Shown here piece by piece: positions 12,495 through 22,564 of a stretch of DNA of 64,000 nt. Where the stretch lies: the IMG/VR virus record IMGVR_UViG_3300042453_004683, positions 1 through 64,000 of that record, one strand, 5' to 3'. A program made the position numbers and the translations under genes. Origin of the DNA: a virus. The notes under the pieces were generated by a model. It searched no databases, had not been told where the DNA came from, and saw only the letters and a program-made list of their open reading frames with translations. Within the stretch, counting starts at the first letter, position 1. Every line of letters starts with the position of its first letter.

Positions 12495-14600
12495 TCAGGT
12501 CTCCGTCGCCGTGGGGACGCGCCGGCCAGCGGCGACGTCGTGGTCGTCCACCTCCATCTCCAGCGCGATCAGCGCGAGCCGAGCCGGGTACGTCACGGAC
12601 ACCTCGAACTGGAGGCGGCTCACGTCCTTCAGGTCCACCGTGATCGCGCGCGCTGCCGTCCGGCGGCGGGGCACCTTGCGGTTGAGCGCCACCGTCGCCG
12701 AGCCCCAGGCACCCTCGCGCGCGGTGAGCGTCTGCTCGTCGGCGTCCACGCCAGGCGCGTCGTCGAGGCGGAAGGTCTGCTCCTGCGACCAGGCCGTCTC
12801 GAAGTTGCGCCGGAAGCGGATCGTAGCGACCGCACCCTCGTACGTCTCCACGAACAGGACGCGCAGCTCCAGCACCTTCGCGCGCTCGCTCACGAAAGAG
12901 CCGAGCGAGATCAGGTTGCTGCGGAACCTGGACACGCGGGACGGCGGCGTGTAGATCGGCGTCTCGCGGTCGAGGACGTAGATGTCGTGGGAACTGTACG
13001 GACCCGGCGAGCCGCTGGGGGTCACGCGCGTCTGGAAGTCGGTGCCCGCCACGAGCTGGAGCGGGTCGCTCCCGGCGGTGACGCTGACGCCCGCGACGTG
13101 GATGCCGAGGTCCATCTCGCGCCAGCCGAGGCCCTGCGTGTACGTCAAGATCAGCCGGTTGTACGGCGAGCCGATCCGGGGCAGCGCAAACCGTGCCTCG
13201 CCGTGCTCGGGCGAGTACCACGCGACCGCGCGGCTGAGCATCGTCTTGTTGATGCCCGTGCGGAACAGGCGGTTCATCGGGTCGCTGATCCGCTCGATGG
13301 TCTGCCCGTTGAAGTGGTAGATGCCGCTGTCGTGGATGAACAGCAGCCCCATCCCGGGGGCCATCGTGACAGCCGACGGGCCCGTGCAGCCGACGCCGCC
13401 GGGCACCGTCTGCGGCGACGCCAGATCCGTGACGTCCACCATCGCGTTGCGCGTGAAGGCGTACATGCGGCCGTTGAGCGCCGCCAGGGCGGTCACCTCG
13501 GCACCGTCGCGCGTCACGCTCACGAAGTCGTTCTCGGGCCAGGTGCCGGGGATGCCAGGCTGCGAGCGGTAGACGACGCCGCCCTCGGCCGCGTAGAGGT
13601 AGCCCTGGAGTTCCGCCATCGCGTGGAAGATGGGCGTCGAGCGGAGGAACGGCATCGGACCCTTCGCCGACGCCAGGTCGCCCGCCTCGTGGTAGCGGAA
13701 CTCCGCGGCCGGGACCGTGACCAGGAGCTGCGGGATCGTGCCCTGGTTGAGCGTGTCCGGCGTCTGGTAGACGCGGACGTACCGGGTGTGGTCCGGCGGC
13801 GAACACGCGGACCCGACGGCGACGCCGCGGGTGAGGTCGTTGATCTCGATGCCGAGCCCGGTGTTCTCGTCGAGCGCGATGTTCGCGCGGAGCGGCCCGA
13901 AGGTGACCGGCTCCGACGGCGCGGACGGCGCGCTGAGGTTGCCGAGGTAGTCCTCGTACACCAGGTACCAGACGTACGCGCTTCGCAGCGTGCCGCTGTC
14001 CGAGTTCTGGAGCCGGTCGCCGGGCGTGCCGAGGGCGCCTGGGAAGGAGTAGCCGAGCGTGCCCGTCTCGTGCTCGTTGCGCCCTTCCGGCCCGGGGCTC
14101 TCGGGTCCGAGGACGTCAGGCGCATCCGGCTTGACGGTGAAGCCGAGCGGCATCACGTCGCGGTTCTCGGTGATCACCTTCGGCTCAGTCGCTCCGTCGC
14201 AGTAGATCACCAGCGACCCGAAAGTCAGGAACTGCGGCGGGTAGCGCCGTGCGACGTCCTTGCTGACGTTGACGGTGAGCGTATCCCACCGCTGCTTCGT
14301 CGGGTTGTGGATGCGGAGGCCCGTGGTCGTGACGGCCAACAGCAACTCGCGGCGACCACCACGGAGCGTCGCGTGGTGGACGCCGTGGACCACCCCCGTG
14401 ATCCCTGCCAGCGCGTTGCCTGCGCCGGTGTCGCGGATGGCGATCGGCTCGTAGAGCGTCGGCCCCGACACGCTGGTCAGCGCACCGTCTGGGTCGATCG
14501 CCATGTTCAGGATCTGCTCAGCACCCAGCTCCTCGGACGCGACGAACCGCGAGCCCTGCTGGGCGTATGGGATCAGGAGTGGGATGCTGCGCGAGGCCAT
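12495..14600 (-). CDS. Tail nozzle/hub protein (P22 gp10 / T7 gp12-like beta-propeller), 701 aa
   Basis: Size, position after the adaptor, and segments typical of the class (QILNMAIDPDGALT, VYRSQPGIPGTWP, GVGCTGPSAV, GIYHFNGQTIERISDP). Confidence 0.75.
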   Translation of the reverse strand: MASRSIPLLIPYAQQGSRFVASEELGAEQILNMAIDPDGALTSVSGPTLYEPIAIRDTGAGNALAGITGVVHGVHHATLRGGRRELLLAVTTTGLRIHNPTKQRWDTLTVNVSKDVARRYPPQFLTFGSLVIYCDGATEPKVITENRDVMPLGFTVKPDAPDVLGPESPGPEGRNEHETGTLGYSFPGALGTPGDRLQNSDSGTLRSAYVWYLVYEDYLGNLSAPSAPSEPVTFGPLRANIALDENTGLGIEINDLTRGVAVGSACSPPDHTRYVRVYQTPDTLNQGTIPQLLVTVPAAEFRYHEAGDLASAKGPMPFLRSTPIFHAMAELQGYLYAAEGGVVYRSQPGIPGTWPENDFVSVTRDGAEVTALAALNGRMYAFTRNAMVDVTDLASPQTVPGGVGCTGPSAVTMAPGMGLLFIHDSGIYHFNGQTIERISDPMNRLFRTGINKTMLSRAVAWYSPEHGEARFALPRIGSPYNRLILTYTQGLGWREMDLGIHVAGVSVTAGSDPLQLVAGTDFQTRVTPSGSPGPYSSHDIYVLDRETPIYTPPSRVSRFRSNLISLGSFVSERAKVLELRVLFVETYEGAVATIRFRRNFETAWSQEQTFRLDDAPGVDADEQTLTAREGAWGSATVALNRKVPRRRTAARAITVDLKDVSRLQFEVSVTYPARLALIALEMEVDDHDVAAGRRVPTATET

Positions 14601-15148
14601 CAGCGGACGCCGTACCGGGCCATGATGGCCTGCCGCTGGCGCTCGACACGGCTGGCGGACTTGGCCTTCATCGTCTCGACCTCAGCGGCCGCGCGATCCT
14701 TGCGGACCTTGCGCTCGGCCTCCTTGATCGTCCAGGCGGCCTTCCACTCGTCGGCCGTCACGCGGTCCAGGTCGGGGAGGACGCGGGCGTAGTGCGACTT
14801 GATCCGCGCGCCCCACAGCTTGAAGTCCTCCTCGTCGGTCGGGTCGGGGAACCGACCGGGATCCGCGACCGGAGACCACCAGGTCCCGAGGTTGAGGACC
14901 CACCCCTCGGGGTGCCAGTCGTTGACGGGCCAGTAGTCCTTGGCGGCCGGGACGAGCGTGCCGTCGGGCATGACCGCCTCGCGGAGCTTCCGGGTGCCGT
15001 CGTGGGCGATGGCGTAGCGGAACAGCTTGGGCTGGCACACGTCGTCCACGCCGACCGTGTGCGGGCGGACGAACCACGAGCCACGGCCCAACTCCTTGTA
15101 GAGGATGGGCTTCGGCTGGAAGGCGAGATGGGAGTCGAAGGTGCTCAT
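14600..15148 (-). CDS. Hypothetical protein (MSTFDSHLAF..., 182 aa)
   Basis: ATG at 15148 overlaps the upstream TGA (ATGA); the track's extension to 15883 is out-of-frame overlap with the adaptor gene. Confidence 0.75.
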   Translation of the reverse strand: MSTFDSHLAFQPKPILYKELGRGSWFVRPHTVGVDDVCQPKLFRYAIAHDGTRKLREAVMPDGTLVPAAKDYWPVNDWHPEGWVLNLGTWWSPVADPGRFPDPTDEEDFKLWGARIKSHYARVLPDLDRVTADEWKAAWTIKEAERKVRKDRAAAEVETMKAKSASRVERQRQAIMARYGVR

Positions 15149-16713
15149 GGAACGGTGATCCTCTCGAATGTGACGACCGTGCCGCGACCTGCGGACACGA
15201 TGGTGGCAGGGTCGATGACCCCTCCGGGCTGTCCGTGCCGGGCACGGAACTCCTCGATGAACATGGCGTAGCGGCCGTAGTAGTCCGCCGCGCCCGCCGT
15301 GTCCCCATCGTTGAGCTTCATCTGGTGGCAGGTGAGGTTCACGAGGGCCTGGAGGCCATCGCGGTGCATCGGCGCCACCATGTAGTCGTCGGTCAGGGCG
15401 GGCGGAACGCGACGTGCGCGGCCGCGGAGCGAGAGCGGACGATTCGTGATCGGGTAGACCTCGTAGCCGTGGTAGCCGGGCGAGGCGAACAGCGGCCGCT
15501 CGAAGTCGGGGATGTCGGCGCCCGTCCAGGTGAAGGAGGCCGTCGACGTCACGGTGTCGGTCGGCTCGATCTCCTTCAGCAGGTAGAACACGTCTGACGC
15601 GCCGACGTTGTTGTAGAGGCTGCCCGACGCGGTGATGACCGACTTGATGCGGACGTACCAGCGGATGCGGAGGCCGGAGCGGCCGCGGTAGATGGAGCCC
15701 GACAGCGTGCTGTGGTCGAAGCCCAGGCGGACGTCGATGTTCTCCGCGGTCAGAATGATTGAGCCGGTCGAGCCGAGGGTGTTGTGGTCGCGGGCCACGA
15801 TCGCCGACGGCGGGCTCTCGAACAGCGGCTCCGTGACGCCGCGGCTGCCCTCGCCGAGGACGCGGCCGGTGCGGGAACCCCACACGAAGGTGTAGCAGAA
15901 CTCGAAGGATCCACGGTTGAAGTCGCCGACCCAGGTGCCAGACGAGCCGAGGTCGGTGGACGGCGTGAACCGCGGCGACTCGATGGTGATCTTCGGCCCC
16001 CGCGCGATGTGGCGCGGCTCGCCCTTCACCAGCGGCGACGAGCCGCGGGTGTACCAGTGCTCGTTCGTGCCGGGCGACACCAGCTCGACCTCGTTGTTGA
16101 GCGTGTCCATCGTGTAGAGGGCACGCCCCAGCTCGGCGACGTCAGCCGGCATCACGACGTACTTCTGGAAGATCTCCACCCGCGTCTGCACGCTGCCCAC
16201 CGGGATCACGAACGGCAGCGGGTTGACCAGGGAGACGAAGTAGCGAGTCTCGTTTCCGGTCTGACCTGCGACAACCGAAACCCACCACTCGCGGGTCTGG
16301 ATCTCGTAGACCTGCTCAGTCCCACCAGAGGTGACCGTGAACCGGAGCCAGTAGCGACCGTCCCAGGTCTTGTCGGTCGTAGGCACCCACGGGGTCGTGA
16401 GCGTGCTGAGAAGTCCCCCGCCAGGCGCGACGCGGAACTCCAGGATGCGGTCGTTGATGATTGCCGACGGTGTGGGCAACGTAGGCAACACCACACCGAC
16501 GCTGTAGGCGTCCAGCTCGATGTGCGGCAGCACATCGGCGGTGACTTCCGACGCCTCAAACGCCTCAACCGCCTGAGAGGCGAACGTGGCGAAGGCGAGG
16601 TTGATCTCGCGGTTGACGTCGTTGAGCTGCGAGGTCGTTGCGAAGGTCTTGCCCAGCCGGCTGCCGACCATCTCGCGGATCTCTTTGCGCGACGTCGGGG
16701 TATGGAAGCTCAA
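15145..16713 (-). CDS. Head-tail adaptor (tail tubular protein A-like) with a large internal insertion, 522 aa
   Basis: Helical N-terminus (KEIREMVGSRLG...VNREINLA) and C-terminus (PPALTDDYMVAPM...ALVNLTCHQMKL..GD..GAADYYGRY) typical of adaptors; GGAGG RBS. Confidence 0.65.
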   Translation of the reverse strand: MSFHTPTSRKEIREMVGSRLGKTFATTSQLNDVNREINLAFATFASQAVEAFEASEVTADVLPHIELDAYSVGVVLPTLPTPSAIINDRILEFRVAPGGGLLSTLTTPWVPTTDKTWDGRYWLRFTVTSGGTEQVYEIQTREWWVSVVAGQTGNETRYFVSLVNPLPFVIPVGSVQTRVEIFQKYVVMPADVAELGRALYTMDTLNNEVELVSPGTNEHWYTRGSSPLVKGEPRHIARGPKITIESPRFTPSTDLGSSGTWVGDFNRGSFEFCYTFVWGSRTGRVLGEGSRGVTEPLFESPPSAIVARDHNTLGSTGSIILTAENIDVRLGFDHSTLSGSIYRGRSGLRIRWYVRIKSVITASGSLYNNVGASDVFYLLKEIEPTDTVTSTASFTWTGADIPDFERPLFASPGYHGYEVYPITNRPLSLRGRARRVPPALTDDYMVAPMHRDGLQALVNLTCHQMKLNDGDTAGAADYYGRYAMFIEEFRARHGQPGGVIDPATIVSAGRGTVVTFERITVP

Positions 16714-16804
16714 CGCGACCTCCAGAGGCAGGACGCCCCCGCGCAGAGTAACCCGCGCGAGGGCGTTTGGCGAGCCCTCCTTTCAGCGGAGGGCGTCGAT
16801 CGCC

Positions 16805-17323
16805 TTAGTCGGGCAGGGTCAACAGGGCCGACCCGGTGGTGCCGGTGCCGATGTTCGCCGAGCCGAGCGGGGTGCCCAGGGAGACGGTCGCCGCCGTGTT
16901 GCTCGACTGGAACGTGCCGGAGGTGGCGGCGCCCGGGATCAGGTGCAGGTTCTTGGTGATCGCCGTGGTGCCGTCCGCGGTCACGGTGGCAACGCCCTGG
17001 TAGGCGACCCACCCGCCGTAGTTCGCCGCGATGGCCGCCGTGGTGACGCCCCGGTAGCGGGACGGCAGCGAGGAGGTCGCCGAGACGGAGACGAAGTTGG
17101 GGTTGCTGGCGTCGGCGGTGATCACGACCGCGAGGTTGGCCGCGATGGACGAACCGCTCGTGTTCTTCACGAAGCGGTACTTGGTCCGGTAGCCGGTGGT
17201 CGCGTTCAGCTCCTCGCGCACCGCGCCCAGGGGCGGAGCGAGGACGTTGGTGGTGGAGAGGTCGAAGGTCTCGGTCACCAGCCCGGAGCTGATGACGACG
17301 GGATTGCCGTGGGACGCGCTCAT
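16805..17323 (-). CDS. Capsid decoration/cement protein, 172 aa
   Basis: Immediately follows the major capsid gene; KYRFVKN...GVTTAAIAANYGGWVAYQG pattern; ATG at 17323 with GGAGG RBS. Confidence 0.7.
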   Translation of the reverse strand: MSASHGNPVVISSGLVTETFDLSTTNVLAPPLGAVREELNATTGYRTKYRFVKNTSGSSIAANLAVVITADASNPNFVSVSATSSLPSRYRGVTTAAIAANYGGWVAYQGVATVTADGTTAITKNLHLIPGAATSGTFQSSNTAATVSLGTPLGSANIGTGTTGSALLTLPD

Positions 17324-17337
17324 GGTGTGCCTCCTGA

Positions 17338-18489
17338 TCAGGCCGCGAGGTTGTTGGCGATGCCGTGGGCCGGCAGCTCGCTCAGGTGGAAGTTGCCGTA
17401 CATGGTGATGGGCACGATGACGCCGCGGGTGCCGGTGATGCTGGTGTTCTGCGGCTTGCCGACGTGGAACATCTTCAGCTTGGTCTCCATCGACCCGTCC
17501 TTGCCGGGGACGGCCTCGGGGTCGAGGGTGGTGATCCACTTCAGGTAGCGGCTGTTGAGGATGTACATGGTGCCGGTGCCGCTGGCGCCCGCGCTGTTCA
17601 GCACCGTGCCGTTCATCATCGTGGTCGAGTGGACCCGGATGTCGTTCAGCTCGGTGACCAGGAGGCCGGGGGCCTTCACCTCGCCGTTGTCGTTGGCCGA
17701 CGCGGTGCGCACGTTGGCCTTGGCGGCTTCGAGGATGTTGCTGAAGGTCTCGGGGTCGCAGATGCCGACGTCGGGGAACTCGCCGCGGAACTTGCCCTTG
17801 TTGAAGGTCGAGCAGTCGGCGATGACCTTGCGGATCGTCGCCATGCCGTTCGTGTCCCAGTCGGTCGCGGCGCGGTACTGGTTGTAGTGGTGGCTGGTCA
17901 CCGCCTTCGCCAGGTCCATCACCACGTCGGTCTGTGCGCTGGGGGCGGCGAAGTCGAGCAGGCCGCGGATGTTGCCGGTCAGGCCGCCGCCGGCGTAGAT
18001 GCCGTTCAGCGTGATGACGTCGGCGAGCGTGGTGGCGTTCGACGCCAGGAAGGGGTGCTGGGCGCTGACGTTGGCGGCGACCAGGAACCAGTTGATCAGG
18101 TCGTCGGTGAGGCCGTCGACGGCGGCGTCCACCTTCATCTTGATCAGGTTCTGCGCGCTGCCGACGAAGACGTCGCCGGTCTTCTGGACGCTGAGCAGCT
18201 CCTTCTCGGTGAACGCGACGTTGGCCGCGATCATGTGCGGCGACACCTTGGTCTTCTTCAGACCGTCGGTGCTGGTCATCGGGATGGACTCACCGCCCGA
18301 GTAGATCGGGGTGGCGGTGATGCCGGCCGACGGGAGGTGGGCCTCCTCGAAGGGGGCCGAGCCGCTGTGGAGGGTGATGTTGCCCTTCGACAGCATGTCG
18401 CTGATGAGCAGCTTGCCGGTGGCGACCTTGACCTCGGCCGGGCCGAGAGCGTTGATGATCTGCCCAAACTGGGCGTCGGTGAGTCCCAC
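17338..18489 (-). CDS. Major capsid protein (HK97 fold predicted)
   Basis: About 383 aa, very strong codon bias, capsid-like segments (YSGGESIP, NLIKMKVDAAVDGLTDDL, GTMYILNSRYL, ITMYGNF). Probable GTG start at 18489 after GGAGG. Confidence 0.85.
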   Translation of the reverse strand: MGLTDAQFGQIINALGPAEVKVATGKLLISDMLSKGNITLHSGSAPFEEAHLPSAGITATPIYSGGESIPMTSTDGLKKTKVSPHMIAANVAFTEKELLSVQKTGDVFVGSAQNLIKMKVDAAVDGLTDDLINWFLVAANVSAQHPFLASNATTLADVITLNGIYAGGGLTGNIRGLLDFAAPSAQTDVVMDLAKAVTSHHYNQYRAATDWDTNGMATIRKVIADCSTFNKGKFRGEFPDVGICDPETFSNILEAAKANVRTASANDNGEVKAPGLLVTELNDIRVHSTTMMNGTVLNSAGASGTGTMYILNSRYLKWITTLDPEAVPGKDGSMETKLKMFHVGKPQNTSITGTRGVIVPITMYGNFHLSELPAHGIANNLAA

Positions 18490-18607
18490 GGGGACCTCCA
18501 AGACGAGTAGAGGGAGTTGAGAGGCTTCGACTTGCCTCGCGTCTCCCCGGACTCGCCAGGACCCGCTTTGGGGCTACCCTGTTCGTGCCGGAACGCTGCG
18601 CACACCT

Positions 18608-18636
18608 AACGTAGCACGATCGCGCGCGGACGTCAA
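18608..18636 (-). promoter_or_regulatory. Sigma70-type promoter for the capsid operon, TTGACG-17-TACGTT
   Basis: Hexamers with exact 17 nt spacing upstream of the capsid gene. Confidence 0.6.
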
Positions 18637-18654
18637 GGGCGCGATCGGCCGAAA

Positions 18655-18668
18655 CGTGATAGGCTACC
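18655..18668 (+). promoter_or_regulatory. Putative late promoter motif CGTGATAGGCTACC (leaderless terminase transcript)
   Basis: TAGGCT ends 6 nt before the terminase ATG and no RBS is present. Confidence 0.6.
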
Positions 18669-18671
18669 GCC

Positions 18672-20426
18672 ATGCCAGCAGTCGCGCCTACCATCGACAG
18701 GAAGTATCTGCCCGCGTTGCCGGTCAACAGCGGGTTGTGGGTGCCCGACGGATCCTCCGTCGAGATCGTTCAGGGCATGTTCGCCAACTCCATCGCGTTC
18801 GCCTCGCTCTGCCATATCCAGTCTATGGACAGCGTGCCAGGGCCGATGGGCCCGTTGATCACCCCGATCCAGGCCCGCGTCGCCGAACTGTACGACCAGA
18901 AGCAGCATATCTGGATCAACAAGTACCGCCAGGCGATGATCTCCACCCTGTCGATCATGCTCCTCCTGCGGGACTGCATGTACCTCCCCGGTATGCGCGG
19001 TGTGATCGTCACGCAGAAGGAGGACCTGCACAAGGACCTGATGAAGCGGATCATCCTCGCCTACGAGGAGCTGCCGCCCGAGTTCCGCGTGCCGATCAAG
19101 AACGGCACCAGGCTCACCCCGTCGGGGATCGAGTTCGAGCACGGGGGCTGGATCGTCCCCGTCACCGCTGGGTCCGAGAGCCCGGCCGTCGGCTTCTCGC
19201 CCGACCGCGCCATCATCTCGGAGGCGTGCGAGATGGACGACGAGGCGTTCGCGCGCCTCACGCGGAAGTTCATGCCCGCGATCGTCCGCAAGCCATTCGC
19301 GAAGATCGTGATGGAGAGCACGCCCGGCCAGGCCGAGACGAACATGCACCGGCTCTGGTTGAGCACGCTCCGCGGCGCCAGCCGGTTCACGCCGCTGCAC
19401 CTCCGCTGGTACCAGGACCGCCGCGCGATGGTGTTCGACGAGCGGATCCAGCTCGACGAGAACGACTACACCTACCGCGAGCGGACCGGCCTCGGCAACG
19501 CGCTGTCTGACGCCGCACTCCGCTTCCGCAGGATCACGCTCCCCGACTTCGACGGCAAGGACGAGGAGTTCGAGAACAAGTACCCGCCTGACCCGCGCTC
19601 GGGATGGCTCGCGCAACAGAGCCAGGTGTTCGACCGGGAGCCGCTCAACGCGCTCCGCGGCGAGGCCGTCAAGGATCCGCCGGTCGACCACGATGCCGGT
19701 TGCCGCATCATCACTCCGTACGTTCCCGGACGATCGTACCTGATCACGGCGGACCCGGCCAACTTCGGCGCCGTCGGAGACAACAGCGCGCTGACCGTGT
19801 GGGACACGCACACCTGGGAGGAGGTCGCCTTCTGGGAGGGTCGCGAGCAGCCCGACAAGTTCTACGAGCGCCTCGTCCAGGTCGCCCATGCGTACGGGCA
19901 CGAGCAGATCCTCGACGACGAGAGCGTCAGCATCGTCCAGGTCGCCATCGAGAGCAACGCGGCGGCCGTCCTCGGCGCCGCCGTGTTCGACGGCAAGCTC
20001 TCGCTCTACCACGACGACGACGACAAGCCCGGCTGGAACGCCTCCACCAAGACGATCCAGGAAGCCGAGGCCGACACCAACACCATGCTCCGCGACAAGA
20101 GCCTGCGGGTGCGGTCCCTGTCGCTGATCGACCAGCTCTCCATGTTCGACGGCCGCAAGCGTGATCGCCGCGTCATCCGCAACGACGGTACGCAGAGCCA
20201 CTACGACCGCGCGCGGACGGCCATCATGGCCGCCCACATCTTCAAGCGCCGCCGGTTCCGCCCGCCCCTCACGGCTGAGGAGGTCGAGGCCGTCGAGGCC
20301 AAGCGCCGCGGCGAGGAAGCCCGCAGGGTGTTCGAGGCCAAGATGCGGCGCATCTACGGCAATCACCGACCGCGCAAGAGCACGGACCCGCTTGAGTCGT
20401 GGGTTCCGCCCATCAACATCTTCTGA
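18672..20426 (+). CDS. terL: Terminase large subunit
   Basis: Q motif (TPIQ), Walker A variant KYRQAMIST, Walker B AIISEA, coupling motif ESTP, nuclease motifs ITADPA...DNSA, IESN and HYDR. Confidence 0.93.
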   Translation: MPAVAPTIDRKYLPALPVNSGLWVPDGSSVEIVQGMFANSIAFASLCHIQSMDSVPGPMGPLITPIQARVAELYDQKQHIWINKYRQAMISTLSIMLLLRDCMYLPGMRGVIVTQKEDLHKDLMKRIILAYEELPPEFRVPIKNGTRLTPSGIEFEHGGWIVPVTAGSESPAVGFSPDRAIISEACEMDDEAFARLTRKFMPAIVRKPFAKIVMESTPGQAETNMHRLWLSTLRGASRFTPLHLRWYQDRRAMVFDERIQLDENDYTYRERTGLGNALSDAALRFRRITLPDFDGKDEEFENKYPPDPRSGWLAQQSQVFDREPLNALRGEAVKDPPVDHDAGCRIITPYVPGRSYLITADPANFGAVGDNSALTVWDTHTWEEVAFWEGREQPDKFYERLVQVAHAYGHEQILDDESVSIVQVAIESNAAAVLGAAVFDGKLSLYHDDDDKPGWNASTKTIQEAEADTNTMLRDKSLRVRSLSLIDQLSMFDGRKRDRRVIRNDGTQSHYDRARTAIMAAHIFKRRRFRPPLTAEEVEAVEAKRRGEEARRVFEAKMRRIYGNHRPRKSTDPLESWVPPINIF

Positions 20427-20438
20427 GGTGATTTCCTG

Positions 20439-22136
20439 ATGGACAAGAACCAGATCAAGGCCCTGGTCGGTCACCACATCTCGCGGTTCCAGAGCGACGA
20501 GCAGCGCCTGTTCCGCCTGTCGGGGGACTACTACAACGGCCGCTTCAACGCGCTGAACACCGCGCCGGACGGCACCTCGCGCACCGTTCGCGCCGAGCGG
20601 CAGGCGCCGACCGTGAACCTGGTGTTCGCCACCATCGAGAGCGTCCTCAACGCACTGACGCCCGCGACCCAGGCCGTCTACGCCAAGGGCATCACGCCCG
20701 AAGGTGAGGCCGTCCAGGAAGCCGTGGCCCACGTCATCAACGCGGAGCTGCGCCGCAACAAGTTCGTGAACGTCTGCCGGCTCACGCTGCTCGATGCGGC
20801 CATCCGTCGGCGGGGCATCTTCAAGACCGTCCTCCAGGCGGACATGGACCGGCCGGGTGAGTTCCGCGGCGTCACCATCGGGAACGTCCACCCCGCCACG
20901 CTGCTCTACGACCGCGACGCGCGGCTCGCGCAGGAGGTCTCCTACTGGGGTCAGTGCGTGCAGATGCCGTGGCGGGTGTTCACGCAGCGCATCGAGAACG
21001 GCAGCTACGCGCGCCCGGCCAAGGGCGTTCGGATGGAGCGCCGTATCGGGTGGATCGACGGCAGCGGTGTCGCCGGCCAGACGAACGCGACCGCCGAGGT
21101 GTTCGGCTACGCGATCGTGTGGGAGATCTACGACATGTTCAGCGGCAAGGTGATCCACTGGCACGAGGCCAGCGACACCGTGCTGCTGGAGAGCGACATC
21201 CAGGCGCACCCGTTCGCCATGTTCTCCCCGAACCACAACGGCGAGAACCTCGACGGCATCAGCGAGGTGGAGCTGATCCTCCCGCAGCAGGAGCAGATCA
21301 ACGACATCCGTCAGTTGTTCACCCAGGTGGCGTACCGGATGGTCCCGCGGATCATGTTCGACACGGGCATCGTCGACCAGAAGGAACTGGAGGCCATCCT
21401 CCAGGATGCCGCCGGGACCTTCCGCGGCGTCAAGCGCATGACGAACGCGATGGGCAAGACGATCCAGGACGCCTTCTACGCCGTGCCGATGGCGCAGATC
21501 CCCGACGGCCTCATCCAGATCGCGCGACTCCTGGAGGCGGACGCGCAGGTCGCCAGCGGGATGCTGATGCAGCAGCGCGGGCAGGCGCAGAACGTCCGCA
21601 CCGCGCAGGAGATGGCCGTCATGGCGAGCGCCAGCCGCGACCGCCTCAACACCCGAGCGGCGACCTTCAACGACGCGATCTCCGACGTCGCACGGCGGAC
21701 CTTCAACCTGATGGTCGAGTACGTCCCGGGGCCCTACCACTTCAAGGACCGCGACGACTGGAAGCGCGTCACCAACCTCGACCTCCGCAACTTCGACGGC
21801 GACCTGGAGTTGACCCCGTTCAGCCCGATCAGCAGCAACCCGCAGGCCCTTGCCGAGGTCCTCAGCGGGATGGCGAACTGGCTGACGCAGAACCCCGAGA
21901 TCGACCAGCGCAAGCTGACCGAGATGGTCCTCAGCGGCCTCGGCGTGCCCGTCACCCACGCCCTGATCCCGAAGGAGGAGAGCCTCCGCAAGCAGCAGGC
22001 CATGATCGCCCAGGCTGGCGGCGCTCCCGCCGGCGCCGCGATGATGGACCCCGCCGCGATGGAGGCCGCCGTCGCCGAGCAGGACGCGACCGCGCAGGTC
22101 GACCCCGCGATGGTGGCCGTTCCGCCCGGATCGTGA
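20439..22136 (+). CDS. Portal protein, 565 aa
   Basis: Directly after terL; size and segments (DYYNG, NLVFATIES, DAAIRRRGIFKT, RTAQE) plus a Gln/Ala-rich tail are typical of podovirus portals. Confidence 0.85.
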   Translation: MDKNQIKALVGHHISRFQSDEQRLFRLSGDYYNGRFNALNTAPDGTSRTVRAERQAPTVNLVFATIESVLNALTPATQAVYAKGITPEGEAVQEAVAHVINAELRRNKFVNVCRLTLLDAAIRRRGIFKTVLQADMDRPGEFRGVTIGNVHPATLLYDRDARLAQEVSYWGQCVQMPWRVFTQRIENGSYARPAKGVRMERRIGWIDGSGVAGQTNATAEVFGYAIVWEIYDMFSGKVIHWHEASDTVLLESDIQAHPFAMFSPNHNGENLDGISEVELILPQQEQINDIRQLFTQVAYRMVPRIMFDTGIVDQKELEAILQDAAGTFRGVKRMTNAMGKTIQDAFYAVPMAQIPDGLIQIARLLEADAQVASGMLMQQRGQAQNVRTAQEMAVMASASRDRLNTRAATFNDAISDVARRTFNLMVEYVPGPYHFKDRDDWKRVTNLDLRNFDGDLELTPFSPISSNPQALAEVLSGMANWLTQNPEIDQRKLTEMVLSGLGVPVTHALIPKEESLRKQQAMIAQAGGAPAGAAMMDPAAMEAAVAEQDATAQVDPAMVAVPPGS

Positions 22137-22145
22137 TAGGCTACC
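22132..22145 (+). promoter_or_regulatory. Putative late promoter motif CGTGATAGGCTACC
   Basis: Third copy of the motif; overlaps the portal stop codon. Confidence 0.55.
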
Positions 22146-22168
22146 TCGCAACCGGAGCGTGCGCAAGC

Positions 22169-22564
22169 ATGAAGATCGTGGACTTCCAGTGCCAGGTCGC
22201 CGACTGCCGACATGTCGTCCTCGACAAGTTCGAGGACGAGTGCCCGAAGGTCTGCCCCTGGTGCGGCGGCGAGAACACCATGCGCCGCCGTCCGAGCACC
22301 GGGCGGAGCGCGACCACCAACGTCGACGGCGTGCCGGTCGACCTGGGCGACGGTCGGATCCTCTCCACCAAGGAGGAGAAGAACGCCTACCTGTCGGAGC
22401 TGCGGCGGCGCCACAACGACCCCTCGCTCCAGTTCGTCCCCCGCGACGCGGCCCGTGAACGGGTGATGTCGCAGGAGGCCGCCCACAAGGCGTACTCGTC
22501 GTACATGGCGAACGGCGACGTCGATCGCGCGCGCCGCGTGATGAACCGTCGGAGGCGCTCCTGA
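22169..22564 (+). CDS. FmdB-like Zn-ribbon protein, 131 aa
   Basis: MKIVDFQCQVADC...CPWCGGENTMRR; this family commonly follows portal genes. True start is the ATG at 22169. Confidence 0.8.
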   Translation: MKIVDFQCQVADCRHVVLDKFEDECPKVCPWCGGENTMRRRPSTGRSATTNVDGVPVDLGDGRILSTKEEKNAYLSELRRRHNDPSLQFVPRDAARERVMSQEAAHKAYSSYMANGDVDRARRVMNRRRRS

